Shown one piece after another: positions 1 to 9,796 of a stretch of DNA of 64,000 bases. The translations under genes and the position numbers were made by a program. The stretch comes from an uncultured Eubacteriales bacterium (GTDB lineage: Bacteria > Bacillota > Clostridia > Christensenellales > Borkfalkiaceae): assembly GCA_900548285.1 (NCBI GenBank), contig URKE01000001.1:21274-85273 (forward strand). Reading direction: 5' to 3'. Every line of letters starts with the position of its first letter. Positions within the stretch are counted from its first letter, which is position 1. The notes beneath the pieces are model-generated. The model worked only from the letters and a program-made list of their open reading frames with translations, was not told the DNA's origin and ran no database searches.

Positions 1-2009
1 CTATTGCCTATTGTTACACTTGAAAGACTTTCACAACTACCGAATGCATAATTACCGATTGATTCTACACTATTGCCTATTGTTACACTCGTAAGACTTT
101 CACAACAAGCGAATGCAGTATCACCGATAGAGGTTACATTGTTTGGAATTGTTATGTCTGTAAGTTTACACAATTTGAATGCAAAATCTCCGATTGATGC
201 TACACTACTGCCTATTGCTATACTTGTAAGGTGATTACAATTGAAGAATGCAAAATCTCCGATTGATGCCACGCTATTGCCCAATGTTACACTCGTTAGA
301 CTACTGCAATTATAGAATGCGCCATACAGTATATTGTTGCCTGTAATTGTTACATTTTTTAATGAGGATGGTATATAATATGTGCTATCTGTTTTTGAAC
401 TTGTGGAATCACTGTAATAATATTGTGACGTTGCAATTCCGCCGTCATAACTATCTGTACCAAATATATATCCAAACGGATATTGATATGTGTCTTCGCT
501 TGTCAATCCTGCTTTGTTGCCGACAAAAGGTAAAGTCATACTTTCTAAAGCCGAACACCCACTGAACGCGGAAGAACCGATAGAGGTTACACTGTCGGGA
601 ATTGTAATACTTGTGATTTGACTACAATTTTTAAACGCATTATCAGTTATTGACGTTACTTTTTTGCCTTTATATGAAGGTTTTATTTCAATGTCCGTTT
701 TGTTTGTGTTTAAACCGATTACAGTATAACAATCGCCATTTTCTTGCAATTTTACGTCGTATTCATCCCAAACTGCAGTCAACGTTACGTCACCGATAGA
801 GCCTTTTGTGATTTCGGATATTTTAACACTGTTTTGTTGCCATTCAACAAAATCGGCGTTTATGTAATAAGCGTCATTTAGAATAATGGTTTCGCTTTCG
901 ATTGTATATTCGAGCGGATTAAGCGTATTGTTTACGCCTTTTCCGCATTTGTAAGTAATTTTATAAACTATCGGTGTATACGTAGCGCTAAACGTTTTAT
1001 CTCCGATACTGCCTTTTGCTATTTTTCCGTCGTTGTCCCAATTCGCAAAATCGTAACCGCGTTTTGTGGGGTTTATGAGCGTTATTTCGTCTTCGATAGT
1101 ATAGGTGGTTGGGTTTTCGCCGTCTATTGCACCGCCATTTAGGTTGTATGAGATTTTATAAACTACGGCTTCCCAATTTGCATTAAAGGTTTTATCTCCG
1201 ATACTGCCTTTTGATATTTTGCCGCCGTTATCCCAATTTGCATTATAACCGCGTTTTGTAGGCTTAATGAGCGTTATTTCGTCTTCGACGGTGTAAGTAG
1301 TCGGGTTTTTGCCGTCAATTGTTCCGCCATTTAAATTATAGGAAATATTGTAAGTGATAATATTCCATTTTGCGTTAATAATTGTATCTTTTGTGATGGG
1401 CGTGGAAAAATCATAATTCCATTTATCAAAAGTATAACCTCTTCTTTCGGGAGATTTCGGCATTGTAGCGCAAGAATCTTCTTCGACTTGTTGGTCAAAG
1501 ATTCTTGTTCCGTTATTTGTGTAAAAAGAAACTTTATATATAAGCCTGCGGCGAATCGTTACTTCATAGATTGCCTGAGGTTCATCGTCTAACATTTCTA
1601 TAACGTAAACGGTATTATCTCCCTCGTTTAAGGGTATAGTTTTCGTTGCAACCTTCTGATTGCCATAAATATCCAAAGACACAATGTATTTAGTGAGTCC
1701 TTCCGTTTTGATTTCATTGATAAACGAAAATGTATCTGTTCCGTTGCTCACTTTGCCATAGACTTTATCTTTATTTACAGACAGAGTATTGAATAATAAA
1801 CTCCCAATATTTTCTGATGCCTCGTCGGTTGAATCTGTAGCCGAGTCGCTTTTGTCGGTATTGTCCGAATGCTCGGGGTTTTGAGTGGACGATTGCGTCG
1901 GTTCGGAAGTAGGGTTGTTTTTAGAGCAACCGGTCAAGCCGAATGTTGTCGTTATGCAAACGGCAACGACAAAAACGACTGCTAAGAATAAAACGATGTT
2001 TTTTTTCAT
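1..2009 (-). CDS. Surface lipoprotein, 5' part only (runs off window edge). N-terminal signal peptide plus lipobox, Listeria-Bacteroides (Flg_new) repeats, C-terminal BspA-type leucine-rich repeats.
   Basis: Reverse strand starts at 2009 with RBS GGAGA. Translation begins MKKNIVLFLAVVFVVAVCITTTFGLTGCSKN (signal peptide plus Cys). The ~200 bp repeats at 900-1400 encode GYxFxGW-type Flg_new units. The ~70 bp repeats at 1-600 encode IPxSVTSIGDxAFxxCxxLTSVTI LRR_5 units. The ORF is open to position 1, so it was omitted from the ORF track. Confidence 0.7.
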   Translation of the reverse strand, partial: MKKNIVLFLAVVFVVAVCITTTFGLTGCSKNNPTSEPTQSSTQNPEHSDNTDKSDSATDSTDEASENIGSLLFNTLSVNKDKVYGKVSNGTDTFSFINEIKTEGLTKYIVSLDIYGNQKVATKTIPLNEGDNTVYVIEMLDDEPQAIYEVTIRRRLIYKVSFYTNNGTRIFDQQVEEDSCATMPKSPERRGYTFDKWNYDFSTPITKDTIINAKWNIITYNISYNLNGGTIDGKNPTTYTVEDEITLIKPTKRGYNANWDNGGKISKGSIGDKTFNANWEAVVYKISYNLNGGAIDGENPTTYTIEDEITLINPTKRGYDFANWDNDGKIAKGSIGDKTFSATYTPIVYKITYKCGKGVNNTLNPLEYTIESETIILNDAYYINADFVEWQQNSVKISEITKGSIGDVTLTAVWDEYDVKLQENGDCYTVIGLNTNKTDIEIKPSYKGKKVTSITDNAFKNCSQITSITIPDSVTSIGSSAFSGCSALESMTLPFVGNKAGLTSEDTYQYPFGYIFGTDSYDGGIATSQYYYSDSTSSKTDSTYYIPSSLKNVTITGNNILYGAFYNCSSLTSVTLGNSVASIGDFAFFNCNHLTSIAIGSSVASIGDFAFKLCKLTDITIPNNVTSIGDTAFACCESLTSVTIGNSVESIGNYAFGSCESLSSVTIGN

Positions 2010-2217
2010 CTTTAATCTCCTTAAATACATTTTAATTCGCTTTGTTGTTATAAACTCATTCTTCGAGATATCCGTCGGAAAAAAATTACTTTCAAGGTAA
2101 AGACTGATATGTCATTTTAAATATCTTCAAAGAGGCTGTAAATTATAATTGCATTATATGACATCGTTATTATAGTACTTTATTGTTATTTTCGCAAGTC
2201 TTTTATATTGTAACCGA

Positions 2218-2730
2218 TTAAAAATTGCCTTTTAGTTGTTTAATCAGTCGTTTAAGCCTGTTTTCGGAGAAGTAATCGAGAACGCCGCTCAGGTTTGAAG
2301 CGAAAGTGTATTGTGCCGTCTGAGTGTATTCATCAGGCAGTCCATAAGCGATTGTATATCGAATTGCCCTTGAAAATTCCGCTTTATTGTTCAGTTTGTA
2401 AAAAGCCCCTTCATAACCGCGCATTACATTAAATGACGAAAGCCATATAATGATTGAACGAGTTATAAAAGGACTGTATTTTTTGTTGTAATTCATTATC
2501 GACGAAAGCAGTTCCAGGGCAGAGGAAAAATTCGGGTTTCCTTGCGGTCTCAAAGGTTCAAACGGGGATAAGATTTTCGCTTTATCGTTGAATCCGATAA
2601 TATGCAGTTGAACGCTCGGCTCTGTCTGGCAGGCTCGGTTTGCTTTGATGATGAATTGTTGCATTTGCTTTGTGAATCTCGCCGAACCGTATGAAAGGTC
2701 GGCGAGGATATATATGTTAGTTGTTCTCAT
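2218..2730 (-). CDS. Small vWA-like (TerY-like) domain protein, hypothetical
   Basis: Second Met has RBS AAGGA. IYILADLSYGS, HIIGFND and SIIIWLS segments resemble a vWA fold with a degenerate MIDAS motif. Low GC. Confidence 0.3.
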   Translation of the reverse strand: MRTTNIYILADLSYGSARFTKQMQQFIIKANRACQTEPSVQLHIIGFNDKAKILSPFEPLRPQGNPNFSSALELLSSIMNYNKKYSPFITRSIIIWLSSFNVMRGYEGAFYKLNNKAEFSRAIRYTIAYGLPDEYTQTAQYTFASNLSGVLDYFSENRLKRLIKQLKGNF

Positions 2731-3172
2731 TGTAAAAATTCCTTTTTGTCTTGTTTTAGTCCCGCCCACCCCCGAAAAGAAGTTTTGCGCGGAACTTCAA
2801 CCGCCCCCTTTCGGGGCAAAACGGGAAGAACCCCGAAACGGTTTTTATCCGAATCGGGGAAAACGGGCGGCGATTGATTGTCGCCGATTTAGTAAAAATC
2901 GCGACGAAACAGCCCTTAATATACAGGCTAAGTGGCATTTTTTGCGAAAAATCGCGAAATCGGACTTATGCTTGATGTCAAGGGTCGGGCGAAAATCGGG
3001 AGTTTTCCCGTTTTCTCCCCGATTCCCCGATTTTGTTTCGGGGAGAATATGATATACTGAAAGAGTATATGCAAAACCCCGACTTTGCGGATATGCGAAA
3101 AGTCGGGGTGATATGGATAAACCTCTGAACGTTCAGGGCTTCGGTGTAGACGACAAGGGCGGATAAACAGCA

Positions 3173-4681
3173 TTAAAGAGCATAGAAAAAACGCGTCTGT
3201 TCCTGAAATTCAGGAACGGACGCGCCTCGTGTTGGTGACCCCTTTGAAGTTAAAGACGAACTATTTACTTGTTCAAACGTAACGGTTTTGCTTTGTCCTT
3301 TATAATTGAAGGTGATAAGAAAGCGGTCGTCGTAAAGGAAAATGCTGTTCACGAAACCGTCAATCAGTTGTTGTTTTCCTTCTTGCGAAGATAAATCGAG
3401 TTTGCGATAACTATACAAGGCAAATTGAATCTGTTCTTTCGTTAGTACGGGGTGATTGATTTGCGTTTTAAATAATTCCACCTCGAGATTGCTTTTTTGT
3501 TCTTCCAAATCGTCGAGCAGTTTTTTCGTTGTCGAAGAAAACACGCCCTGAGCAATTGCTTCGGCAAGGTTATTTAATTTCTTTTCGACTTCCGACAGTT
3601 GATTTTTCACGACCGCTACCGCCGCATTTTCTTCCGTCTGCATTTCATATATGCGGTCGGAAAGTTCTTCGATAACCTCATCGTTGGAAATCAGGGAAAG
3701 GATTTCTTCGATAACCAAATCTTCTATCCAATCTTTTTTTACGGCTTTTTTATCGCATTTATGCTTTTTTGCCTGATTGCACTTATAATAACGGTATTTC
3801 GATTGCGTATGACTCGTACCGATTTCACCGACCATCATTGCGCCGCATTTACCGCAAAATAACCGAGTAGTCAGCAGATAATCGTCCTCGCTTCTGTGCA
3901 TTGCGGGGGCTTTTTTGTTTTTTTTAAGCCTTTGCTGGACGTCCTCGAATGCATCTTTATCAATAATCGCGGGAATAGCGTCGGGGAGAAGGATATCGCC
4001 GAATTTATATTCGCCGATATATTTTCGGTTTGTAAGTATGCGAAATACCGAATTGTAATTCATATCGTAGCCGCGATTTTTTATTCCGCGGGCGTTCATC
4101 AACTTCGCAATGTCTTTTACGCGTTTTCCTTCAAGGTAAAGCGAATAAATTTCTTTTACGATAGGTGCGAGAGTTTCGTCTATTTGATATTTATCGTCGC
4201 CGTCGATATAATAACCGAACGGGGCGCGGACGCCGTTTGCTTTGGCTTTTAACGCATTTTCGGTCATGCCGCGTCTGACTTTTACAGCAAGTTCGGCAGA
4301 GTAGTATTCGGCACAGCCCTCAAGCAGCGATTCAAGCAAAATTCCTTCCGGACTTTCGGATATAGCTTCCGTCGCCGAGATGACGCGCACGCCGTTCTTT
4401 TTTAATATTCGCTTATAATGAGCGGAATCGTAACGGTCGCGCGAAAATCTATCTAATTTCCACACAAGAACGATATCGAACAGATTTTTATAACTGTCCT
4501 TAATCATGTGCTGAAATTCGGGGCGGTGATCTGTTTTAGCAGAAAATGCGCGATCTATGTAATTGCCGATGACTTGCATGCCGTTATATTCGGCATACTG
4601 CATACACTCGCGAAGCTGACCTTCGATACTTGCTTCGTTCTGCTTGTCCGAACTAAACCGCGCATATATTACCGCTTTCAT
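3173..4681 (-). CDS. Large serine recombinase (resolvase/invertase catalytic domain + recombinase domain + zinc ribbon + coiled coil)
   Basis: N-terminus MKAVIYARFSSDKQ carries the catalytic Ser motif. CGKCG...CxxxxxHKC zinc ribbon. 502 aa. Confidence 0.9.
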   Translation of the reverse strand: MKAVIYARFSSDKQNEASIEGQLRECMQYAEYNGMQVIGNYIDRAFSAKTDHRPEFQHMIKDSYKNLFDIVLVWKLDRFSRDRYDSAHYKRILKKNGVRVISATEAISESPEGILLESLLEGCAEYYSAELAVKVRRGMTENALKAKANGVRAPFGYYIDGDDKYQIDETLAPIVKEIYSLYLEGKRVKDIAKLMNARGIKNRGYDMNYNSVFRILTNRKYIGEYKFGDILLPDAIPAIIDKDAFEDVQQRLKKNKKAPAMHRSEDDYLLTTRLFCGKCGAMMVGEIGTSHTQSKYRYYKCNQAKKHKCDKKAVKKDWIEDLVIEEILSLISNDEVIEELSDRIYEMQTEENAAVAVVKNQLSEVEKKLNNLAEAIAQGVFSSTTKKLLDDLEEQKSNLEVELFKTQINHPVLTKEQIQFALYSYRKLDLSSQEGKQQLIDGFVNSIFLYDDRFLITFNYKGQSKTVTFEQVNSSSLTSKGSPTRGASVPEFQEQTRFFYAL

Positions 4682-4740
4682 CGATATTCTCCTATATTAT
4701 TAACAATTCAAAACTTTGTATTAAGCGTTTGTATTGTATG

Positions 4741-5409
4741 TCATAAAATAATTGATAAAAGTAATGGAATAATTATAAGGCTAATAACGCTCCACCCTAA
4801 ACCTCTATATTTTTTTGCGTTATTTATTCCTATATCGATTTCAGTAATAGGGAAAAATTTTTTAACAAATATTTTTATAAACCAACCGATAAAAAACGGA
4901 ATTGGAATTAACGATGCCGAAAGAATCGTTTTGTCATTAAAAGAAACATCCGCTTTCCAAACCGATAAAAGAAAAGCTATTGCAATAACTAGACCGTAAA
5001 ATAAAGACGCGATCCAACTGTTGCAAAACACTCGCAAGAAACGCTTGTCTTCCGTTTTGTGAAGCCAATCACTAATATCTTTTTCTATTAAAGTGTGTTT
5101 ATCTTTTTCTGTATGACTAAATTTAATTTCATAAAAATCGTCAAAATTTTTTTCTATCGAATAACGCGACTCAAAGTCTTTATCTTGACCGGAAACTTCT
5201 ATCGTTTCTAGTTTTGCATTTTTAAAATCATAATTTTTAAATGTATCCATCGACAAGTCATCAATAATCAACCCGTTTTTATAAGAAACTTTGATTTTGT
5301 GTTCGCCGTAGTATTTTGATAACGTAGAAATAAGATCACATATGTTTTCCTTTGTTATCACAACGCCTATAAGTTTCAGTTTTTGCGAAAAAATTGGATT
5401 CATTGACAT
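4741..5409 (-). CDS. Hypothetical protein, soluble N-domain + 3 C-terminal TM helices, very AT-rich
   Basis: ORF of 222 aa with hydrophobic C-terminus. GC is far below the flanking sequence. No recognizable family. Confidence 0.5.
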   Translation of the reverse strand: MSMNPIFSQKLKLIGVVITKENICDLISTLSKYYGEHKIKVSYKNGLIIDDLSMDTFKNYDFKNAKLETIEVSGQDKDFESRYSIEKNFDDFYEIKFSHTEKDKHTLIEKDISDWLHKTEDKRFLRVFCNSWIASLFYGLVIAIAFLLSVWKADVSFNDKTILSASLIPIPFFIGWFIKIFVKKFFPITEIDIGINNAKKYRGLGWSVISLIIIPLLLSIIL

Positions 5410-5433
5410 GATTATCTATCTCCTTTTTGTCAA

Positions 5434-6366
5434 TCATTGATTAGTTTGTTTTATTAAAAATTGTTGTATTATTTCTACGCACACTGTATTTCCCGCTTGT
5501 TTGTATTGTTCTTTCTCGGGAACGATAAGGGGAAAAGAGAAGTTTTTCGGGAAACCTTGCAAAGCAAGACATTCCGCCGGCGTGATATTTCGTATGCCGA
5601 AATTATCCTTTATAATCGGTACACGGTCATAATACGTTCCCATATTCGCTTTGAGCGTAAACGATATGCCGTCTTTACTCGATTGAATACCGTAATCCGC
5701 AAATCGATACAACTGCTTTTCGTCGGCAATATATCGACCTAAACGTTGATACTTTGCCGAAACGGGCGAATAGTAATATTTATCGTCAGCTTTTACGGTT
5801 ACGTCGATAATATCTGTTATTCGTTTTTCGAGCGGAACTTTTTCCGGAAACGCAAATATTTCACAGGCGGTTCTGTCCGAAAATGCAACGATATAGGTTC
5901 TCGTTCTATGTTGGGGAATGCCGTAATCGCAAGCGTCTGCAATCAGGTAGCGAATAAAATATCCGCGCCCCGCAAGTTCGTTATGAATAACGTTGAATGT
6001 TTTACCGTGATCGTGTTCGGTAAGATTTGCCACATTCTCCAAAAATACGATGGACGGGTGTTTCGCATCGATTACTTTTCCGATTTCAAAGAACAAATTT
6101 CCGCGTTCGTCCGAAAATCCTTTTTGTTTTCCGCAAACCGAAAACGGTTGGCAAGGAAAGCCTGCCGCAAGTATATCGAAATCGGGAATATCGCGTTTAT
6201 CGATTGCGCGAATATCGCCTTCGACCAAAACCGCATCGGGGAAATTGTGCCGATAGGTCATACAAGCGTATTTATCTATATCGTTAGCCCATACAATTTC
6301 ATGCCCGGCTTGCGTAAAGGCAAGGTCTATTCCGCCGATCCCGCAAAATAAACTGCATACTCGCAT
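5434..6366 (-). CDS. DNA (cytosine-5)-methyltransferase
   Basis: FCGIGG (motif I), GFPCQPFS (PC motif IV), ENV (motif VI), QxGNxV. Stop/start overlaps the upstream REase gene. Confidence 0.9.
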   Translation of the reverse strand: MRVCSLFCGIGGIDLAFTQAGHEIVWANDIDKYACMTYRHNFPDAVLVEGDIRAIDKRDIPDFDILAAGFPCQPFSVCGKQKGFSDERGNLFFEIGKVIDAKHPSIVFLENVANLTEHDHGKTFNVIHNELAGRGYFIRYLIADACDYGIPQHRTRTYIVAFSDRTACEIFAFPEKVPLEKRITDIIDVTVKADDKYYYSPVSAKYQRLGRYIADEKQLYRFADYGIQSSKDGISFTLKANMGTYYDRVPIIKDNFGIRNITPAECLALQGFPKNFSFPLIVPEKEQYKQAGNTVCVEIIQQFLIKQTNQ

Positions 6367-7517
6367 TATCTTGTTTTTGAGTTGAATCTGACCGACACGT
6401 TAAGCGGTAAATAATATTCTCCGCCGATTTTCTGAATTCGACTCCACGCGTATTTGTCGGCGCTAACATATTCAAAAAATGTGTTTCTGTACAAATAATC
6501 TCTGAAAGATTCTCTGTCGTTAGAGTGATAGCAGAGAATGTCGCCGTCGTCCATTACGACTATGTATCCGCCGTTGACTTGTTCTTTTCCGTCCCAAACT
6601 TTTCCCGCGGTCATTCCCGTAAAGCCTGCGATTAAAAAGTCTTTTAACGCCTTTTCGTAATAAACTTGCGGGTTCGTAACGTTAAGCGGATTTTCTTCCG
6701 CCATTCTTTCTACCGTTTCTTTTACGTTATGGTTGTCGTTGGCGGAAAGCAATCTGTCTTTTACGCACCAAGCCATAATTTTAGCCATCGATTCTCTGAT
6801 AAGAAATAAATTGTTTGCATAAATGGGATTTTGCGTTTTTGCGAACTCGGTCGATACTAAATGACTTGATAAATATTCCTTGCATTTTGACCAACCGCGA
6901 CCGTCTTTTTCCGATATCGCGTTAAATTCTTCCATCATTGCGTCGTTGCAACCGGTAAGTTTATAAAGATATTGAGAAGAAGAACCGGCATTAAAAAGAG
7001 TAGGGTTTTGTCCGAATTTCGATTTAATCGAAAAGCCCAATATGGACACGATGGCGGTTTGTCCGTCTCTTACTTCGATAAATATATCATTTTTGCCGCC
7101 AAATTGTTTTTTCAATGCCTGAACGGCGGGTGCTTTCGGTTTGCTTACATATATTACGCTTGCAAAATCGCATACCGAATCGGGAGCGGGAACGGAATTG
7201 CCGCGTGCTTTTTTGATATTATCGAATAAAGTTGTGGCATTTTCGTTAAATTCGCTTGTGGGAATAACGGCAAATACTTCTTTGGAATCTTGCGGTTTAA
7301 TTGTAACCGTAGATTTTTCTTCGTCGATGATATATTCTAAAACTTGACTCGCGCATTCTTGGCGAATTACTTTTAAAATATCGAGATAACTCTTATAATT
7401 TTTTTGCAGTAACTTGTCTGCGGTATATAATTTGCCTTCGCCAAGCAATTTCAACATAACGTAAAATTCCGCCCATTCGCCTTTATTCAGTTTCTTTCCC
7501 TTTATCGATTCAGTCAT
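6366..7517 (-). CDS. Type II restriction endonuclease, HpaII-like family (putative CCGG specificity)
   Basis: 383 aa sandwiched between and overlapping two C5-MTase genes. N-terminal KGEWAEFYVMLKLL segment as I recall it from the R.HpaII family. Assignment from memory, not searched. Confidence 0.55.
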   Translation of the reverse strand: MTESIKGKKLNKGEWAEFYVMLKLLGEGKLYTADKLLQKNYKSYLDILKVIRQECASQVLEYIIDEEKSTVTIKPQDSKEVFAVIPTSEFNENATTLFDNIKKARGNSVPAPDSVCDFASVIYVSKPKAPAVQALKKQFGGKNDIFIEVRDGQTAIVSILGFSIKSKFGQNPTLFNAGSSSQYLYKLTGCNDAMMEEFNAISEKDGRGWSKCKEYLSSHLVSTEFAKTQNPIYANNLFLIRESMAKIMAWCVKDRLLSANDNHNVKETVERMAEENPLNVTNPQVYYEKALKDFLIAGFTGMTAGKVWDGKEQVNGGYIVVMDDGDILCYHSNDRESFRDYLYRNTFFEYVSADKYAWSRIQKIGGEYYLPLNVSVRFNSKTR

Positions 7518-8511
7518 TTTTATCGAGTACCTCTTTGATTTTTTCCGCTATTGTTTGTATTACGGGAACCGTTACGCTGTTTCCGAATTGTTTGTAAAGG
7601 TGAACGTCCGCCAAAACGAATTTGTAATCGTCCGGAAAACCTTGCAGTCTTGCCCATTCTCTCGGAGTCATTTTTCGGATGCCGTCTTTGTTGATTTCTC
7701 CCTTAATGTGGGTGGTAGGCGTTAAATTCGTCTGTCTTTTATCTATGATCAAATTTCTTTCTCTGCCCATACCGCCGCAAACGATTGCACCCGATACGTC
7801 GTCGAGATCTCGAATTTCGTATCCGAATCCGTGACCTTTCGCCGCATGACGTTCTTTATGTCTGATAAGCGTATCCATATAGCAGGTGCTGAGATAATAT
7901 TTCGCGGGAACGGGGTTTTCTTCCATAATATCGCGAATACGTTTAGTATCGTCGGTTTTAGTCGGGAAGGTAAATTCTTTCGGCGCAATATCGTTTCTGA
8001 ACGCAACGATATAAATACGTTCTCTGTTTTGCGGAACGCCGAAATTGCGACTATTTAATATTTGTTCGAACGGAGTGTAGCCGATTTCTTTGAGTGTTTC
8101 GGTAATAATTTCAAATGTTCTTCCTTTGTCGTGTATCGTCAATCCCTTTACGTTTTCGCAGAAAATTACTTTCGGTTTTTTCTCGGCGCAAATCCTCGCG
8201 ACATCGAAAAACAACGTGCCGCGCGACATTCCTTTATAATCGTCTTTAAATCCCTTGCGTTGTCCTGCCAAACTGAACGCTTGACAAGGGAATCCCGCAA
8301 GACATATATCGAAGTCGGGAATATCCGTTTCCTTTATTTTAGTTATATCGCCGGCGATTTCGAAATCGTCGTGAAAATTCGCCTTATATGTTTTTTGAGC
8401 GTATTCGTCCCATTCGCTGACGAATACCGTTTTCAATTCGTCGCCGAAAGCTTTTTCGAACCCGAGCCGAATGCCGCCGATACCTGCGAATAAATCAATA
8501 CTTTTTAACAT
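7510..8511 (-). CDS. DNA (cytosine-5)-methyltransferase (second MTase of the cassette)
   Basis: LFAGIGG, GFPCQAFS, ENVKG, QFGNSV motifs. Confidence 0.9.
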   Translation of the reverse strand: MLKSIDLFAGIGGIRLGFEKAFGDELKTVFVSEWDEYAQKTYKANFHDDFEIAGDITKIKETDIPDFDICLAGFPCQAFSLAGQRKGFKDDYKGMSRGTLFFDVARICAEKKPKVIFCENVKGLTIHDKGRTFEIITETLKEIGYTPFEQILNSRNFGVPQNRERIYIVAFRNDIAPKEFTFPTKTDDTKRIRDIMEENPVPAKYYLSTCYMDTLIRHKERHAAKGHGFGYEIRDLDDVSGAIVCGGMGRERNLIIDKRQTNLTPTTHIKGEINKDGIRKMTPREWARLQGFPDDYKFVLADVHLYKQFGNSVTVPVIQTIAEKIKEVLDKND

Positions 8512-8541
8512 TTTTTATTCTCCGTTTTTTTGTAAGTTGAG

Positions 8542-8961
8542 TCAACCGTTTTTTCTGTTGTTATAAGCACGTTCGATTTTATCTGCGCATTCTTGAAGAT
8601 TCTTTTTGATTTCGAAATCCCAAAAGCGCATTACGAGCCAATCAAGGGAAATAAGTTCCTGCGTGACCTCGTAGTCATGTTCGATATTACGCTCGATTTT
8701 AGGAATCCAATAATCGCGACGACTTTTAAAATCATCTTTTTGGTGTTCCCAATCATAACCGTGCCACATTTTCCCGTCAACGAAAACAGCAATTCTTGCT
8801 CCAAGGAATACAATATCGGGTTTGCCGTACAACTCTTTATAGTTTTTACGGTAGCGAAGTCCGCGCCGCCACAATTCCTTTCTAAGCAACAATTCGGGTT
8901 TAGTGTCTTTGCCTTTGTTGCTTTTCATGTTTCGGGAAATCTGTTCTTTCGTGTTAGCCAT
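8542..8961 (-). CDS. vsr: Very short patch repair endonuclease Vsr
   Basis: TKPELLLRKELWRRGLRYR...DIVF...VFVDGxxWHG signature. Classic partner of C5-MTases. Confidence 0.85.
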   Translation of the reverse strand: MANTKEQISRNMKSNKGKDTKPELLLRKELWRRGLRYRKNYKELYGKPDIVFLGARIAVFVDGKMWHGYDWEHQKDDFKSRRDYWIPKIERNIEHDYEVTQELISLDWLVMRFWDFEIKKNLQECADKIERAYNNRKNG

Positions 8962-9154
8962 TATTTTTGCCGAAAGTTAAGCCTTTCCGTTCGCATAAAT
9001 CGCGAAAAGCCTTTTTTGCTTTTATGCTCGGCTCGGTTTTGCCGGTCTCCCATCTACAAACGGTAATGGGTGTAACGCCGAGTTCTGCGGCAATTTCTTC
9101 TTGCGTCATCAATAAATTTTCTCTTGCCGACTTGATTTTTTCTGAATAAGTCAT
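8954..9154 (-). CDS. XRE-family HTH regulator (R-M controller-like)
   Basis: 66 aa, LMTQEEIAAELGVTPITVCRWETGK helix-turn-helix. Overlaps vsr start. Upstream minus-strand promoter TTGACT-17-TAAAAT carries a TCTTG-N9-CAAGA inverted repeat. Confidence 0.7.
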   Translation of the reverse strand: MTYSEKIKSARENLLMTQEEIAAELGVTPITVCRWETGKTEPSIKAKKAFRDLCERKGLTFGKNNG

Positions 9155-9269
9155 ACTTGCACTCCGTCTAACATTTGCTTATCTTTATTTTAACATTTTC
9201 TTGCCTTTCAGTCAAGAAGAAACTATTGCTTTAGCGAAAATAAAAATAAGAACATTTGTTCGCATTTGC

Positions 9270-9298
9270 TTGACAACGGGTTTGATTCCCGGTATAAT
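9270..9298 (+). promoter_or_regulatory. Consensus sigma-A promoter (TTGACA-17-TATAAT) divergent from the xre gene
   Basis: ttgacaacgggtttgattcccggtataat. Confidence 0.6.
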
Positions 9299-9304
9299 AC
9301 TAAA

Positions 9305-9645
9305 TACGAGAGTTTGGTGTTTGACATCGTTTAATCTCTCGTTGTATCGGGCGTGGAGAAATTGCCCGACCGTTCGTTCCCCTTTGCCGAAGGAACGAAC
9401 GCGGATAGGTGTTTTGCTATCGCTTGTCCGAGAGAAGAATTACCGTCGTTTGCCATAGGGTTGCTAAAAAACATAGCAACTACCGCGACGGGCGTTGAAA
9501 TCGTTAAAAAAGAGAGATTTCGACGTGGGTTTTGTTGTTGTACGATTTTTTAGATAAAATCGCCTAAAAATTTAATAATTAGGATTGAAATCCGTGCGAA
9601 GAACGAGCCTGAAAAGGCAACCGAAACCGCACGGATTTTTTTATC
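9305..9645 (+). ncRNA. Candidate ~340 nt structured ncRNA of unknown class, ending in an intrinsic terminator
   Basis: Starts just after the consensus promoter. Several strong hairpins (acgagag...ctctcgt; ccgttcgttcc/ggaacgaacgg). Terminator aaatccgtgcg...cgcacggattttttt at 9589-9645. No convincing ORF or RBS inside. Confidence 0.35.
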
Positions 9646-9763
9646 CATAAATACAAAATCGGAGGTGCATTATGTAACGAAAATTAAAATTTAATACTTG
9701 TGTTTTAAGTCGGTGATAGAAAAAATATCAGCGGCTTTTTGTCGTCTTTAAGGAGGTAGAACA

Positions 9764-9796
9764 ATGACAAATTACAATCAATATCGCCCGCCGTGA
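9764..9796 (+). CDS. Possible 10-aa leader peptide MTNYNQYRPP with near-perfect RBS
   Basis: AAGGAGG then 7 nt then ATG. Ends Pro-Pro-stop. Sits between the ncRNA terminator and oriT/mob. Confidence 0.25.
   Translation: MTNYNQYRPP

Noticed and set aside
2645-3173. ORFs 2645-3052, 2756-2938, 2928-3173 in the GC-rich spacer
   Set aside because: Overlapping frames across a hairpin-rich repeat region. No RBS, Pro/Arg/Gly-rich products.
3173-4681. Tyrosine integrase targeting the 3' end of tRNA-Glu
   Set aside because: The recombinase is a serine-family enzyme at the opposite end of the island (8 kb from the tRNAs). No tRNA 3'-end duplicate was visible at the far boundary.
9353-9553. 66-aa GTG-initiated ORF inside the candidate ncRNA
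   Set aside because: No Shine-Dalgarno. It sits across strong hairpins. More consistent with a non-coding transcript.
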